64,000 nucleotides of DNA, taken from NCBI GenBank assembly GCA_965218785.1, contig OZ244650.1, positions 736,001-800,000 of the forward strand, read 5' to 3'. Origin of the DNA: Nitrosopumilus sp. GTDB taxonomy: Archaea > Thermoproteota > Nitrososphaeria > Nitrososphaerales > Nitrosopumilaceae. This document shows, piece after piece, positions 8,069-17,912 of this stretch. A program made the translations under genes and the position numbers. The first letter of the stretch is position 1. Every line of letters begins with the position of its first letter. Under the pieces are notes generated by a model. The model was given only the letters and a program-made list of their open reading frames with translations. It was not told the origin of the DNA and did not search any database.

Positions 8069-10486
8069 TTGAAAAGCATTGCTGCCATCATTGCAATTTT
8101 ATTTTTACCTGTATGCGGTTTTGCCTTTGCTGATGATGATTACTATGTGTATGTTGATGAACTGCCTGATTATGCGGAATTTGCCGTAAACGTACTGTAT
8201 GAATCAACCCTGTATTGGGAAGAACAGATTCCCGGATTGCATTTTTATCTGGTAGACGATCCGACTGATGCGAATTTTCGTGTACAATGGGTAAAAGAAT
8301 TCGGAGTCGAGCATGTCGGATATGCGTTTGGAAACAAATTCATCGAAGTCGGTCTTGGAGATAGCAACTGCATAGATTCATGGACTCCCTTTTCGGCAAA
8401 CCACGTATCTAATATCGTAAAGCATGAGATTGGCCATATTCTGGGCTTTGATCACAGCACTGATAAAAATGATATAATGTATCCTGTCGCACTCTCCCAC
8501 GAATACGGCCTGGTCAAAAATGATTATCCCTTTGTTGAAAATTATGGATATTTTGTACCCTTTTGTACTTCAAAACCAGTAACATCCTTTGATTATGAGA
8601 TTTCAACTGATGATCCTGTTTATGGCTTTGATGTTTATTTTGTACCAAGTGCGGATTCCCTCCAAAAATTTGGAGATAATGAACCATTTGAGTATTATGC
8701 AGATGAATCTTGTTATGGGAAAAATTATCTAAGCTATGGGGGAACATGCGAATCAGTATCTGGAGATGGCGGAATAATGATTTTCACACATGACACCCTG
8801 TCTAATCCATTGACTACTATTACCCTCCAATATGAAGAGCACTCTTTGAATGAGCCTCTTCCTGACAGAAAAGTGGTATTCTCAAAGCCTTCAAAACCAA
8901 ATGCTCCTGATGATGCTTCCCCTGTCCCTGTCCCCGTCCCACCAGAGCCTGTTCCTGATGATCCTGCCCCTGCCCCTGTTCCACCAGAGTTACCTTCAGA
9001 TGATGACCCTCTTGTTCCCGTCCCCGTCCCACCAGAGTCAGTTCCAGCTGAAATAATATCGTCTACTGATGTTGGTTCGATAAAACTGGACTCGGGGACT
9101 TTTCAGATTGCATATTCAGATACAGTATACGTCAAAGTTTCTGGAACCATCTATGACAAACAGTCCGTAGACAAGGTAGCTATAACCTGGACATATCCGG
9201 ACGGGCTAACCAATGGAAATATTGTCTTTATTACTGATCAGGGCTATTTTGAATCACTGCTGATTTTAGATGGTAAATCCCCGATTGGAACCTATGAGGT
9301 GCTGGCCTCATCTCGACAAAAAATCGTTGGACTGTTAACATTTGATGTAGTTGAAAAAACATCTTCGCAGGATCCGATAATTTCAAAACCTGTTGAGACT
9401 ACTAGTGTTCCAAACCTTTTGGTTTCTGGAAAAGATCCATCTCACTACATCGATCGTTATAATAACGAATCAGGGTACAAAGACTGGTTTGATGCCAACT
9501 ATCCTGATTATTCAATTTATGAACTGGTAGGATTAAAAGATCCCACATCCTTTGTTGATGCCGACAAGGATCCCCCGTACTACATCAATCGCTACAACAA
9601 CGAACCAGAATACAAAGACTGGTTTGATGCCAACTATCCCGGCTACTCCATTTATGACGTGGTAGGACTAAAAGATCCCACATCCTTTGTTGATGCCGAC
9701 AAGGATCCCCGGTACTACATCAATCGCTACAACAACGAACCAGAATACAAAGACTGGTTTGATGCCAACTATCCCGATTATTCAATTTATGAACTGGTAG
9801 GACTAAAAGATCCCACATCCTTTGTTGATGCCGACAAGGATCCCCAATACTATATTGATCGCTACAACAACGAACCAGAATACAAAGACTGGTTTGATGC
9901 CAACTATCCCGATTATTCAATTTATGAACTGGTAGGACTAAAAGATCCCACATCCTTTGTTGATGCCGACAAGGATCCCCAATACTATATTGATCGCTAC
10001 AACAACGAACCAGAATACAAAGACTGGTTTGATACCAACTATCCAGGCTACTCCATTTATGACGTGGTAGGACTAAAAGATCCCACATCCTTTGTTGATG
10101 CCGACAAGGATCCCCAGTATTACATCAATCGCTACAACAACGAACCAGAATACAAAGACTGGTTTGATACCAACTATCCAGGCTACTCCATTTATGACGT
10201 GGTGGGAATTGATGCCCCGCAATCTATTACATGGATAAAACAAAATGCAAAGATGTGGTCAGATGGCGAGATCTCCGATGAGACTTTTGTTTCGGATATT
10301 TCATATTTGATCTCCAATGATGTCATTGTGATCTCAGAGCCAACAGCTAGTTCTTTTTCTTCAGAATCGTCTATTCCTAGCTGGCTAAAATACAATGTGA
10401 GTCTTTGGCATGATGAAAAGATCAATGATGCGACATTTCTTGAGCTAGTCAAATATCTAGTCGAACATGGGGTTATTGTGAGGTAA
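8069..10486 (+). CDS. Secreted metzincin (matrixin/M10-like) metalloprotease with Pro-rich linker, 45-aa tandem repeats and C-terminal thaumarchaeal surface domain
   Basis: Signal peptide; HEIGHILGFDH zinc motif and DIMYP Met-turn; WIKQNAKMWSDGEI / IPSWLKYNVSLW C-terminal motifs. Confidence 0.88.
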   Translation: MKSIAAIIAILFLPVCGFAFADDDYYVYVDELPDYAEFAVNVLYESTLYWEEQIPGLHFYLVDDPTDANFRVQWVKEFGVEHVGYAFGNKFIEVGLGDSNCIDSWTPFSANHVSNIVKHEIGHILGFDHSTDKNDIMYPVALSHEYGLVKNDYPFVENYGYFVPFCTSKPVTSFDYEISTDDPVYGFDVYFVPSADSLQKFGDNEPFEYYADESCYGKNYLSYGGTCESVSGDGGIMIFTHDTLSNPLTTITLQYEEHSLNEPLPDRKVVFSKPSKPNAPDDASPVPVPVPPEPVPDDPAPAPVPPELPSDDDPLVPVPVPPESVPAEIISSTDVGSIKLDSGTFQIAYSDTVYVKVSGTIYDKQSVDKVAITWTYPDGLTNGNIVFITDQGYFESLLILDGKSPIGTYEVLASSRQKIVGLLTFDVVEKTSSQDPIISKPVETTSVPNLLVSGKDPSHYIDRYNNESGYKDWFDANYPDYSIYELVGLKDPTSFVDADKDPPYYINRYNNEPEYKDWFDANYPGYSIYDVVGLKDPTSFVDADKDPRYYINRYNNEPEYKDWFDANYPDYSIYELVGLKDPTSFVDADKDPQYYIDRYNNEPEYKDWFDANYPDYSIYELVGLKDPTSFVDADKDPQYYIDRYNNEPEYKDWFDTNYPGYSIYDVVGLKDPTSFVDADKDPQYYINRYNNEPEYKDWFDTNYPGYSIYDVVGIDAPQSITWIKQNAKMWSDGEISDETFVSDISYLISNDVIVISEPTASSFSSESSIPSWLKYNVSLWHDEKINDATFLELVKYLVEHGVIVR
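8909..9047 (+). repeat. Three imperfect Pro-rich coding repeats (DD..P(V/A)PVPPE)
   Basis: GATGAT...CCACCAGAG occurs three times. Confidence 0.75.
9430..10207 (+). repeat. 135-bp (45-aa) coding tandem repeat, about 5.8 copies
   Basis: AAAAGATCCCACATCC recurs with AAAGA ending at 9540, 9675, 9810, 9945, 10080 (period 135). Confidence 0.97.
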
Positions 10487-10759
10487 ACCTGGTGATTGGA
10501 ATCAGATTTCCATGGAAATTACAGAATTAACAAATGGTAAAAAGGACTTGGAAATCAGTCTGAAAACCCGCCATGTGGCAGATGCGTGCCTTGAGCAGGC
10601 AGAATTCGGGCGTATCCTGCATGTCCCAACTATGACCAATACCTCCATCTGCTTTTCTGGCGGTGTTGCCAGATATCTGACTCCAATACTTGATCTTGAT
10701 AACCCGGAAGAATCAAAATTAACTAGGTTTTTATTTTTCATACCCTGACTTGAGTTATC

Positions 10760-11143
10760 GTGTCTGATTCAAATACCTCCTTGCAGTTATTTAGTGAAAA
10801 ATGCAGTCAATTACTTGGAGAATCTGAAATAAGATTTGCAGGAATTGTTGACAATGATGGCAAGCTTGTGGCGGGAGGTTTCAAAAAAGGACTCATTCCC
10901 TATGAAGGCGATGAGACTAAATTACAGTCCTTTTTTGATTTTGTCTCAAAGGCATCCATTCGAAAAGAATTTGATGAGAGCCTGGGACCGATAAACTATC
11001 TTGCTGCAAGAAGAGACAAGGCAGTCTTGGTCAGTTTCCCATTTCCAATCACGCATATCCTGCTGTTAATATCTGCAGAACCCACTGTCAATATTGAAAG
11101 TCTGGCCAAAAAAGTCGTCGAAATATTCACTGATGTGAATTAA
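10760..11143 (+). CDS. DUF6659-like (roadblock/profilin-like) thaumarchaeal protein
   Basis: IRFAGIVDNDGKLVAGG...RKEFDESLG; paralog of 15963..16355. Confidence 0.75.
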   Translation: MSDSNTSLQLFSEKCSQLLGESEIRFAGIVDNDGKLVAGGFKKGLIPYEGDETKLQSFFDFVSKASIRKEFDESLGPINYLAARRDKAVLVSFPFPITHILLLISAEPTVNIESLAKKVVEIFTDVN

Positions 11144-11538
11144 CCCCGATTAAAAAGCAACGCATTCTTTGATTGTTCCTAAAATCAATTTAGAATACAC
11201 TTTTAGTTTTCTTATTTTATTGGCATCAAGATCCGCCTATGCAGTTAGGATGAAGATCTGTCTATCTGCCGGCATGGATTAAAACTAACATTGAAAGTCG
11301 ATGAGATAACTTGAATTTACCATGAGGATTGAATTTATGTTCGATGATAAAATAATTCTATTTCAGATTGCTGCCAAAACCATCCAATAAAGAGATCCTC
11401 GATTATATTGCAAGTACACGACACTTGATTTCAGTAGATGATCTCTCCATTTATCATTCCTTATTTGGGGATAATCACAACATCTGACCTACATTTTGGC
11501 AAATAGTTTTAATCTGATGAATATTTACATTAATTGAA

Positions 11539-11994
11539 TTGAAGGCAACATTTGGTGCGGGATGTTTTTGGCATGTTGAGGATTTACTTGGTAAAACCAA
11601 GGGTGTTAAATCCACCCAGGCCGGATACACCGGCGGTCAACTCTCAAATCCTACATATGAACAGGTATGCACTGACAATACAGGACATGCCGAAGCTGTC
11701 GAAGTAGAGTATGACCCTGATGAAATATCCTATGAGCAGCTTCTTGACGTATTTTGGAATAACCACAATCCTACCACACTAAACAGACAGGGTCCTGATA
11801 TGGGAATCCAGTACCGCTCTGCAATTTTTTACCATGACGAAGAACAAAAGACAACTGCTGAAAAATCCAAACAGTCACTAGATGTGTCTGAAAAATATGA
11901 AGATCCGATTGTCACTGAGATTGTTCCTGCCACCACCTTTTACAAGGCAGAAGAATACCATCAAAAATATTTCAAAAAATGCGGTCATTCTTGA
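11539..11994 (+). CDS. msrA: Peptide-methionine (S)-S-oxide reductase
   Basis: [27 protein letters not shown]. Confidence 0.97.
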   Translation: MKATFGAGCFWHVEDLLGKTKGVKSTQAGYTGGQLSNPTYEQVCTDNTGHAEAVEVEYDPDEISYEQLLDVFWNNHNPTTLNRQGPDMGIQYRSAIFYHDEEQKTTAEKSKQSLDVSEKYEDPIVTEIVPATTFYKAEEYHQKYFKKCGHS

Positions 11995-11995
11995 A

Positions 11996-12427
11996 TTATT
12001 TTACAATAACTACCGGAATCTTTGCAGTATGTATCACATAATTTGAAACACTGCCAAAGAATATCTCCTTTGTAGAACTTCTTCCACGGGAACCCATCAC
12101 GATCATATCAAATTTGTTTTTACCATGGGCAAGTTTGACGATGTTGTATCCAACCTCCCCCCTCATTATTTTCTCCTTGAAGACGATTCCATTTTGGGCT
12201 GCCATCACCTTGGCATTACTCATTATTTTTTTTATCTCGATGTTTAATGATTTTCGAACCGAGCCTACCCCTCTAAACTCTGAATGTGGTGGCACATGAA
12301 TCAAATACACCCCGGTAATGATTGCCCCGCACTGTCTGGCCAGGGTAATTGCCATTTCCAAGCCTCTGATCGAGTTTTTAGATCCGTCAAGAGGTACTAG
12401 GATTTTTGAGATCTTCTTTTTTATCAC
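11996..12427 (-). CDS. Universal stress protein
   Basis: KILVPLDGS, DMIVMGSRG, GSVSNYV. Confidence 0.95.
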   Translation of the reverse strand: MIKKKISKILVPLDGSKNSIRGLEMAITLARQCGAIITGVYLIHVPPHSEFRGVGSVRKSLNIEIKKIMSNAKVMAAQNGIVFKEKIMRGEVGYNIVKLAHGKNKFDMIVMGSRGRSSTKEIFFGSVSNYVIHTAKIPVVIVK

Positions 12428-12537
12428 ACAATACCAGTATTTTAGATCCTAAAAAACGTACTTTATAACCCCTGATTTGGAAATATGGAAAAACTATAAA
12501 TGCGTTTGATCGCAGGATTTACTAAAACTTATCTGCC

Positions 12538-13350
12538 ATGGTAATTGAAGCTAAAATTGTGGAACAGAAATTCATTCAAATTGATGGAAACACAATTCGT
12601 TATTTGGAATCCGGCGATTCTAAAAAAACCCTGGTTCTTGTTCATGGTCTGGGTGCATCAGCTGAAAGATGGTTGCCAGTAATTCCACTCTTTGCAGACG
12701 AATTTCGTGTTATAGTCCCTGATCTTATTGGATTTGGTTACAGTGCCAAGCCTCTTGTTGACTATACCCCCGAATTCTTTTCAGAATTCCTGACAAAGTT
12801 TCTTAGTGCATCTAACATCGTGCGTCCTAACATTGTCGGCTCCTCGCTGGGAGGGCAAATATCCATCCAATACGCCTCTTCACATCCCCAAGATATTGAA
12901 AAACTTGTCCTAGTCTCCCCCTCTGGCATAATGAAAGAATCCACCCCCGCACTTGACGCATACATAATGGCTGCGTTATACCCCAACAAACAAAACGCGA
13001 CAAATGCATTTGAATTGATGGATGGCTCTGCTCATAAAGTCGATGAGGAGGTTGTTACCGGATTTATAAAACGAATGCGACTACCTAACGCAAAACTTGC
13101 CTTCATGTCTACCCTGCTGGGAATGAAAAACTCTGTTCTCATCACATCCAAACTTCAAACTCTTCGGACTCCAACCCTGATTATTTGGGGCTCAAATGAC
13201 CCTGTCATTCCAATTCATCACGCAGATAAATTCGTCTCTGCAATTCCGGATTGTCAGTTTTACAAGATGGAGCGATGCGGTCATACCCCACACGTTCAGG
13301 ATCCGCATACTTTTGTCTCCAAAGTTTCAGAGTTCCTAAATGCGCCTTGA
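12538..13350 (+). CDS. Alpha/beta hydrolase
   Basis: VHGLG, PDLIGFG, GSSLGG nucleophile elbow, WGSND, CGHTPH. Confidence 0.92.
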   Translation: MVIEAKIVEQKFIQIDGNTIRYLESGDSKKTLVLVHGLGASAERWLPVIPLFADEFRVIVPDLIGFGYSAKPLVDYTPEFFSEFLTKFLSASNIVRPNIVGSSLGGQISIQYASSHPQDIEKLVLVSPSGIMKESTPALDAYIMAALYPNKQNATNAFELMDGSAHKVDEEVVTGFIKRMRLPNAKLAFMSTLLGMKNSVLITSKLQTLRTPTLIIWGSNDPVIPIHHADKFVSAIPDCQFYKMERCGHTPHVQDPHTFVSKVSEFLNAP

Positions 13351-13356
13351 TCTACA

Positions 13357-13364
13357 TTTAAATA
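13357..13364 (+). promoter_or_regulatory. Putative TATA box for the phaR-phaP-like operon
   Basis: TTTAAATA 24-31 nt upstream of ATG 13388, spacing typical of leaderless archaeal transcripts. Confidence 0.55.
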
Positions 13365-13387
13365 CCCTTTAATCCCAATCATTACCA

Positions 13388-13813
13388 ATGAGTGGTAATA
13401 CTAACCAATATGATCCCACCGAAATGTTCAAGGATTGGATCCAAAAAAGCGGGCGTGCTCAGGCAGAATTTATGAAAAGTTTTGGCTCTTTGATGGCAAA
13501 TCAATCAGGCCAGACATTTAATCCACTAGAAACCCTAAAGGGAGTTTCTGATGGTGCCAGGGATGCCCAATCAAGTATGATGCAAGGTTTGTCCTCCATA
13601 CAAAACAAAAACATGGATGCCATCTTCAACATTGGACAAATGCTTCCCTCCTTCATGAATTGGGGTGCTTACAAAACTACCATCAGTAGTAATGGAAGAA
13701 TCTCAATCCCTGAGGCAGAGCGTAATGCACTTGGTCTGGGAGAGGGCGATTTGGTTCAGATAGTTATCCTACCAATTGCAAAAAAATCAAAAAACAAGGA
13801 GGTGAAACAATGA
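13388..13813 (+). CDS. AbrB/MazE-domain regulator, PhaR-like
   Basis: C-terminal TISSNGRISIPEAERNALGLGEGDLVQI AbrB fold; Gln/Met-rich N-terminus; ATGA-coupled to the phasin-like gene. Confidence 0.8.
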   Translation: MSGNTNQYDPTEMFKDWIQKSGRAQAEFMKSFGSLMANQSGQTFNPLETLKGVSDGARDAQSSMMQGLSSIQNKNMDAIFNIGQMLPSFMNWGAYKTTISSNGRISIPEAERNALGLGEGDLVQIVILPIAKKSKNKEVKQ

Positions 13814-14241
13814 GTAACGAAACAACAACAAAACCAAGCAGTTCAAAGGATGTATTTTCAGTATGTCAGCAAAACGTAGACAAACTCTTCAACGGTGTTA
13901 GACAGTCAGTACCACAGTATCATCAATCAATTACTAATGTACAGCAGGAATATCTGCAAGCATATGAAAACGTAATAGATTCGACCATTACACTGCAAAA
14001 AGAATATACACGAAAGGCAGGTATTGCAGCAAATATTCCTGAAGCAAGTCTTAAGGTAATACGTGATACTACGGAAGAATTTGTAAAGGCAACTTCAATA
14101 CAGAATCAGGTGGTACTTGCAACTATCGATGCAACACAGCAAAACATCAAAACATTCAACGATAATGCAAAATCATTTGCTGAACTGAACAAAAATATTC
14201 TACAGTCTTGGATTTCCGCATTTACCACAAAGTACAACTAG
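13810..14241 (+). CDS. Phasin-like PHA granule protein
   Basis: Q/N/T-rich amphipathic helical 143 aa protein next to phaEC. Confidence 0.65.
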   Translation: MSNETTTKPSSSKDVFSVCQQNVDKLFNGVRQSVPQYHQSITNVQQEYLQAYENVIDSTITLQKEYTRKAGIAANIPEASLKVIRDTTEEFVKATSIQNQVVLATIDATQQNIKTFNDNAKSFAELNKNILQSWISAFTTKYN

Positions 14242-14276
14242 GTAAATCCAAACTGTTAATTTTTTCTTTTTTTATT

Positions 14277-15341
14277 TTATGATTTTTCAGTTAGCCATTG
14301 GCCTAGTTCGGGCAGTATTTTCTTTTGTGACATCGAACTGGCTATCATTCCAACGTGTCCGGTAGGATATATTCTCAGTGTTTTATCCTCACTTCCCACC
14401 GCATAATGCAGTGGCATACTGCATTCAGGGGACACCAAGTGGTCTCCCACTGCCACCTGTGTGAATATCGGCATGTCTATCTTTTTCAAATTAATGACCT
14501 CCCCTTCTATGGACATTTTGTTTTGAATGAGCAGGTTGTCCTGATAGATGTCTTTAATCCACTGTTTGAACAGCTGTCCGGGAATGGGGGGCGTATCTCC
14601 GAGCCATTTTTCCACCCTGAGAAAACTATCCACAAATTTCTTATTATCTATATTTTTGAAAAAGTTCACGTATTTTTCGATTCCCTGCTCGAATGGTTTT
14701 AGGACTGAAAAGCAGTAATACATGAACTCGGGAGGCATGTTTCCGATGATATCTACCATTTTATCTGCATCCATGTGTTTTGCAAGATTGCTGATTACCG
14801 TGGTGTCCCGCCATCCGTCAATGACTGGAGCAGTCGCAACATAGTTTTTCACGTTTTCTGGATGCAGTGCCGCGTATGCCGTTGCTATTGTTGCACCGGT
14901 ACAGTATCCCTGTAATGAAATTTTCTCACATGATGATTCGTTTTTGATGTACTCCACATAGTAATCCAGGTAGCCATTAACATAATCATCAAAATCAAGA
15001 TACTTGTCCATGCTAGTCGGTGTTCCCCAATCCAGCATGTAGACATCAAATCCCTGCTGGAGAAGATTTCTTACCCAGCTTTTTTCTGGATGAATGTCAA
15101 GTATGTGGTATCTGTTAATCAGTGCATATGCAATTAACAGCGGTGTCTTGTGCTGCTTGTCTGTAAGCGGTCTGTAGTGTAATAGTCTTGTCTTGTCCAT
15201 CTTGTGCACGACATCGTGCTGTGTTACCTCCAAGTTGATTTCATCTGGTGCCGAAACTAATTTTGGCGCCTCGATGACATTCTTGCTGAATTTCAGAATC
15301 TCCTCGATTATTTTTGGATCTACTCTTGACTCACTTTGCAT
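14277..15341 (-). CDS. phaC: Class III polyhydroxyalkanoate synthase subunit PhaC
   Basis: PLLIAYALINRYHILD, GFDVYMLDWG, catalytic GYCTG, DHLV, GHVG. Confidence 0.96.
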   Translation of the reverse strand: MQSESRVDPKIIEEILKFSKNVIEAPKLVSAPDEINLEVTQHDVVHKMDKTRLLHYRPLTDKQHKTPLLIAYALINRYHILDIHPEKSWVRNLLQQGFDVYMLDWGTPTSMDKYLDFDDYVNGYLDYYVEYIKNESSCEKISLQGYCTGATIATAYAALHPENVKNYVATAPVIDGWRDTTVISNLAKHMDADKMVDIIGNMPPEFMYYCFSVLKPFEQGIEKYVNFFKNIDNKKFVDSFLRVEKWLGDTPPIPGQLFKQWIKDIYQDNLLIQNKMSIEGEVINLKKIDMPIFTQVAVGDHLVSPECSMPLHYAVGSEDKTLRIYPTGHVGMIASSMSQKKILPELGQWLTEKS

Positions 15342-15909
15342 TTTTTTCCATCTTTTTTTTCTTTAACTCCAACTCTAATCTGCCGATTCTTTTTTTAAGT
15401 GAATGCATCTCCTTGTAAACCTCGTCAATCTCCTCCTTGCTTGGAAGATTCACTGACTGTAGTATTACATTGGTGATGTTGTTCCAGTGCTTGGTTAATT
15501 CAAGTTCTTTTGAAACCAGTCTTCCATAATTTTCCCCGAATTTTCCAGAATCAAACAACTCTGTAAAATCATTGTCAAAAATATCTATCCAGATTCTTTT
15601 AAACGCCTCTATCTGTTCGACATCATGGGGAACCTCGGGCGCCTTTATGTTTACCTTCTTTTGTGCGTCAGTCCATGTTTCTGAGAGCTGTTTATAGTAT
15701 TCTGTAAGATGCTTATTAAACTCCAACAACACCTCGTTGATCTCAATTAACTCGGTGGATATCTTTTTAGAGTTTGCCGCAAAGGATCTCATCGGGCCAA
15801 TGGATGCCAATGCCTGAGGCTTGCTTGACATCAAATGGATGATATCTGTCCAGAAAAGCGACAGGTGTTTGTAATAATCGGTAATATCCTTGGATGACTC
15901 TGGCTCCAC
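15331..15909 (-). CDS. phaE: PHA synthase subunit PhaE
   Basis: FKRIWID...LF.S..F, NLPSKEEIDEVYKEMHSLKK; overlaps phaC start. Confidence 0.9.
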   Translation of the reverse strand: MEPESSKDITDYYKHLSLFWTDIIHLMSSKPQALASIGPMRSFAANSKKISTELIEINEVLLEFNKHLTEYYKQLSETWTDAQKKVNIKAPEVPHDVEQIEAFKRIWIDIFDNDFTELFDSGKFGENYGRLVSKELELTKHWNNITNVILQSVNLPSKEEIDEVYKEMHSLKKRIGRLELELKKKKMEKNAK

Positions 15910-15962
15910 AGATACCTGCTGATACAGCTCGCAATAAATAGATCGCTTGCCTAATCAAACAA

Positions 15963-16355
15963 ATGCAGAATGTGGAGGAGCTTGAAAAGATTTGTCGGCA
16001 AATCATAAAACTAGATCCCATGATGCGCTCGGCCAGGCTCATAAACAGCAGAGGTCATTTGTTAGCCGGCGGAATGAAGGAGGGACTGCTCTCACTTGAA
16101 GCTCAAAAACAAGATGAGATGATGTTCATGGAACTTGCCTTGCGTGTACGAATGAGACACGAGTTTGATAATGAATTTGGCAAGGTACATTTTTCCATGT
16201 CATACAGGGACAGGATCATTGTGATGAGCTTTCCACTAACTAACGATGATGTGTTTTTGATATCCTGTGAAAAGGAGACTGATTTTGGAAAAACTGCATT
16301 TCAAATTCTCAATATAATCAAGCCTCTTAAAAAAAACCCGATGAAGACATTCTAG
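15963..16355 (+). CDS. DUF6659-like (roadblock/profilin-like) thaumarchaeal protein
   Basis: LAGGMKEGL...EMMFMELALRVRMRHEFD. Confidence 0.78.
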   Translation: MQNVEELEKICRQIIKLDPMMRSARLINSRGHLLAGGMKEGLLSLEAQKQDEMMFMELALRVRMRHEFDNEFGKVHFSMSYRDRIIVMSFPLTNDDVFLISCEKETDFGKTAFQILNIIKPLKKNPMKTF

Positions 16356-17275
16356 TCGTTGAGCATTTTTCTCAATCCTGCACATCTGTTTCTTATGGTG
16401 ACTTCGGTAACTCCGGATGCAATTGAGATGTCTTTTTGTGATTTTACTTCGCCCGTACTAATACATGCAAGATACAGTGCTGCAGCAGCTATTCCCATGG
16501 GATCCTTTCCTGCCACAATTCCTACTTCTTTTGCCTGGTTCAGAATTATAATCGCCTTTCGCTTACTTTTTTCACTCAATTCTGCAATGCTTGCAATTCT
16601 TGAGACTCCTTTGACAGGATCAACTACCGGCATCTTTAATTCAAGTTCCCTGAAAATCAGCCTGTAACATCTGGCAACATCTTTTCTTCTGATGTTGATT
16701 CCCTTTGCAATGTCGTCTAGCGTTCTTGGTGTCTCTGTATTTCTACATGATGCATAAAGACATGCTGCAACCAGTCCGTGAATTGAACGCCCTCTGACTA
16801 GTTTTTTCTCCATTGCCTTTCTGTAAATGTAGGCTGCCTTTTCTATCACTGCGTTAGTCAATGCAAGTTTGTCTTTTAGTTTGTCCATTTCATTAAGTGC
16901 CTGTCTTAGATTCCTGTCTGCAGACGAATGTGCCTGGCTTCTGCTGTCCCATGTTCTCAGCCTTTCAATCGAACTTTTCACACTTGCAGACAGCGGCTTT
17001 CCAGTGGAGTCCTTGTTGACTGCGCCGATCACAGTTGATAATCCCATGTCGTGCATCGTCAATGAGGTTCCGGCACCTGTTCTTGCCTTGTTCCCCTCAT
17101 CATTTGAAAATGAACGCCATTCTGCACCGGTATCTGTTATTTTATCAGTTACTACAAAACCACACTTTCCACAGAATAACTCTCCTGTATTTTCATCTGT
17201 TACCATCTTTCTGTCTCCGCAGGCTGGACATTTCGGACCTACTGCTGTCGAATTTTTGAGCATAATTGAATACAC
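16352..17275 (-). CDS. tfb: Transcription initiation factor IIB
   Basis: Zn ribbon CPACG...CGKCG, EWRSF, cyclin repeats, GKDPMGIAAAALY, GVTEVTIRNR. Confidence 0.97.
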   Translation of the reverse strand: MYSIMLKNSTAVGPKCPACGDRKMVTDENTGELFCGKCGFVVTDKITDTGAEWRSFSNDEGNKARTGAGTSLTMHDMGLSTVIGAVNKDSTGKPLSASVKSSIERLRTWDSRSQAHSSADRNLRQALNEMDKLKDKLALTNAVIEKAAYIYRKAMEKKLVRGRSIHGLVAACLYASCRNTETPRTLDDIAKGINIRRKDVARCYRLIFRELELKMPVVDPVKGVSRIASIAELSEKSKRKAIIILNQAKEVGIVAGKDPMGIAAAALYLACISTGEVKSQKDISIASGVTEVTIRNRCAGLRKMLND

Positions 17276-17563
17276 TGTTATATTATCCTGTTATCAACTT
17301 AACCATTTCTACATAGTTGTTTGTATGTAGGTTGAGCTAACACTGATTCTAATCTTTTGGAATGACACCCTGTATTTTCCTTAGAAGGCGATATGCCATA
17401 AAACTGGTATTATTCATTACTTTTTCATACTGATTTCATTATAATTCACCATGATCCGCTATATCATTCCTAATTGGGGTTGTCCTGCTGCGGCAGCAGG
17501 CACCGTATAAATAACATCTGACTTGGAAAATCTTTAATTCATTCATGATTACGTGTTTTTGTA

Positions 17564-17911
17564 ATGAAGAAGATCGGCACCGGGAAGGTCATTTATAATC
17601 TGCGCAAAAAAATCCAGCAGGCTCAGGCAGACCTGGATCAGCTGGGCAAACCGGTATCTGAGATTCCCGAACTGATTGTTTCAGCAAACCTGCTGAGATC
17701 CAATGAATATCTATCTCAAATAAATGAAAAAAAGACCGAACTGTTATCTGCATACATCCAATATTCTGACGCACTCGAAGAACTGCTTTCAACTGTCTTT
17801 GACATACAAAACGATCTAAAGGAAATCCTGAAAAAACAGTCATCTATGATATCCTCCAGAAAAAAGAAACAATCAAAGTCAAAAACCAGATCAAAAAATT
17901 CTAAAAGATAG
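17564..17911 (+). CDS. Hypothetical coiled-coil protein with basic tail
   Basis: 115-aa helical ORF filling the intergenic space. Confidence 0.75.
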   Translation: MKKIGTGKVIYNLRKKIQQAQADLDQLGKPVSEIPELIVSANLLRSNEYLSQINEKKTELLSAYIQYSDALEELLSTVFDIQNDLKEILKKQSSMISSRKKKQSKSKTRSKNSKR

Positions 17912-17912
17912 C

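Noticed and set aside
9430-10207. Possible CRISPR array or ncRNA array
   Set aside because: The 135-bp period is in frame within the protease CDS and has no spacers.
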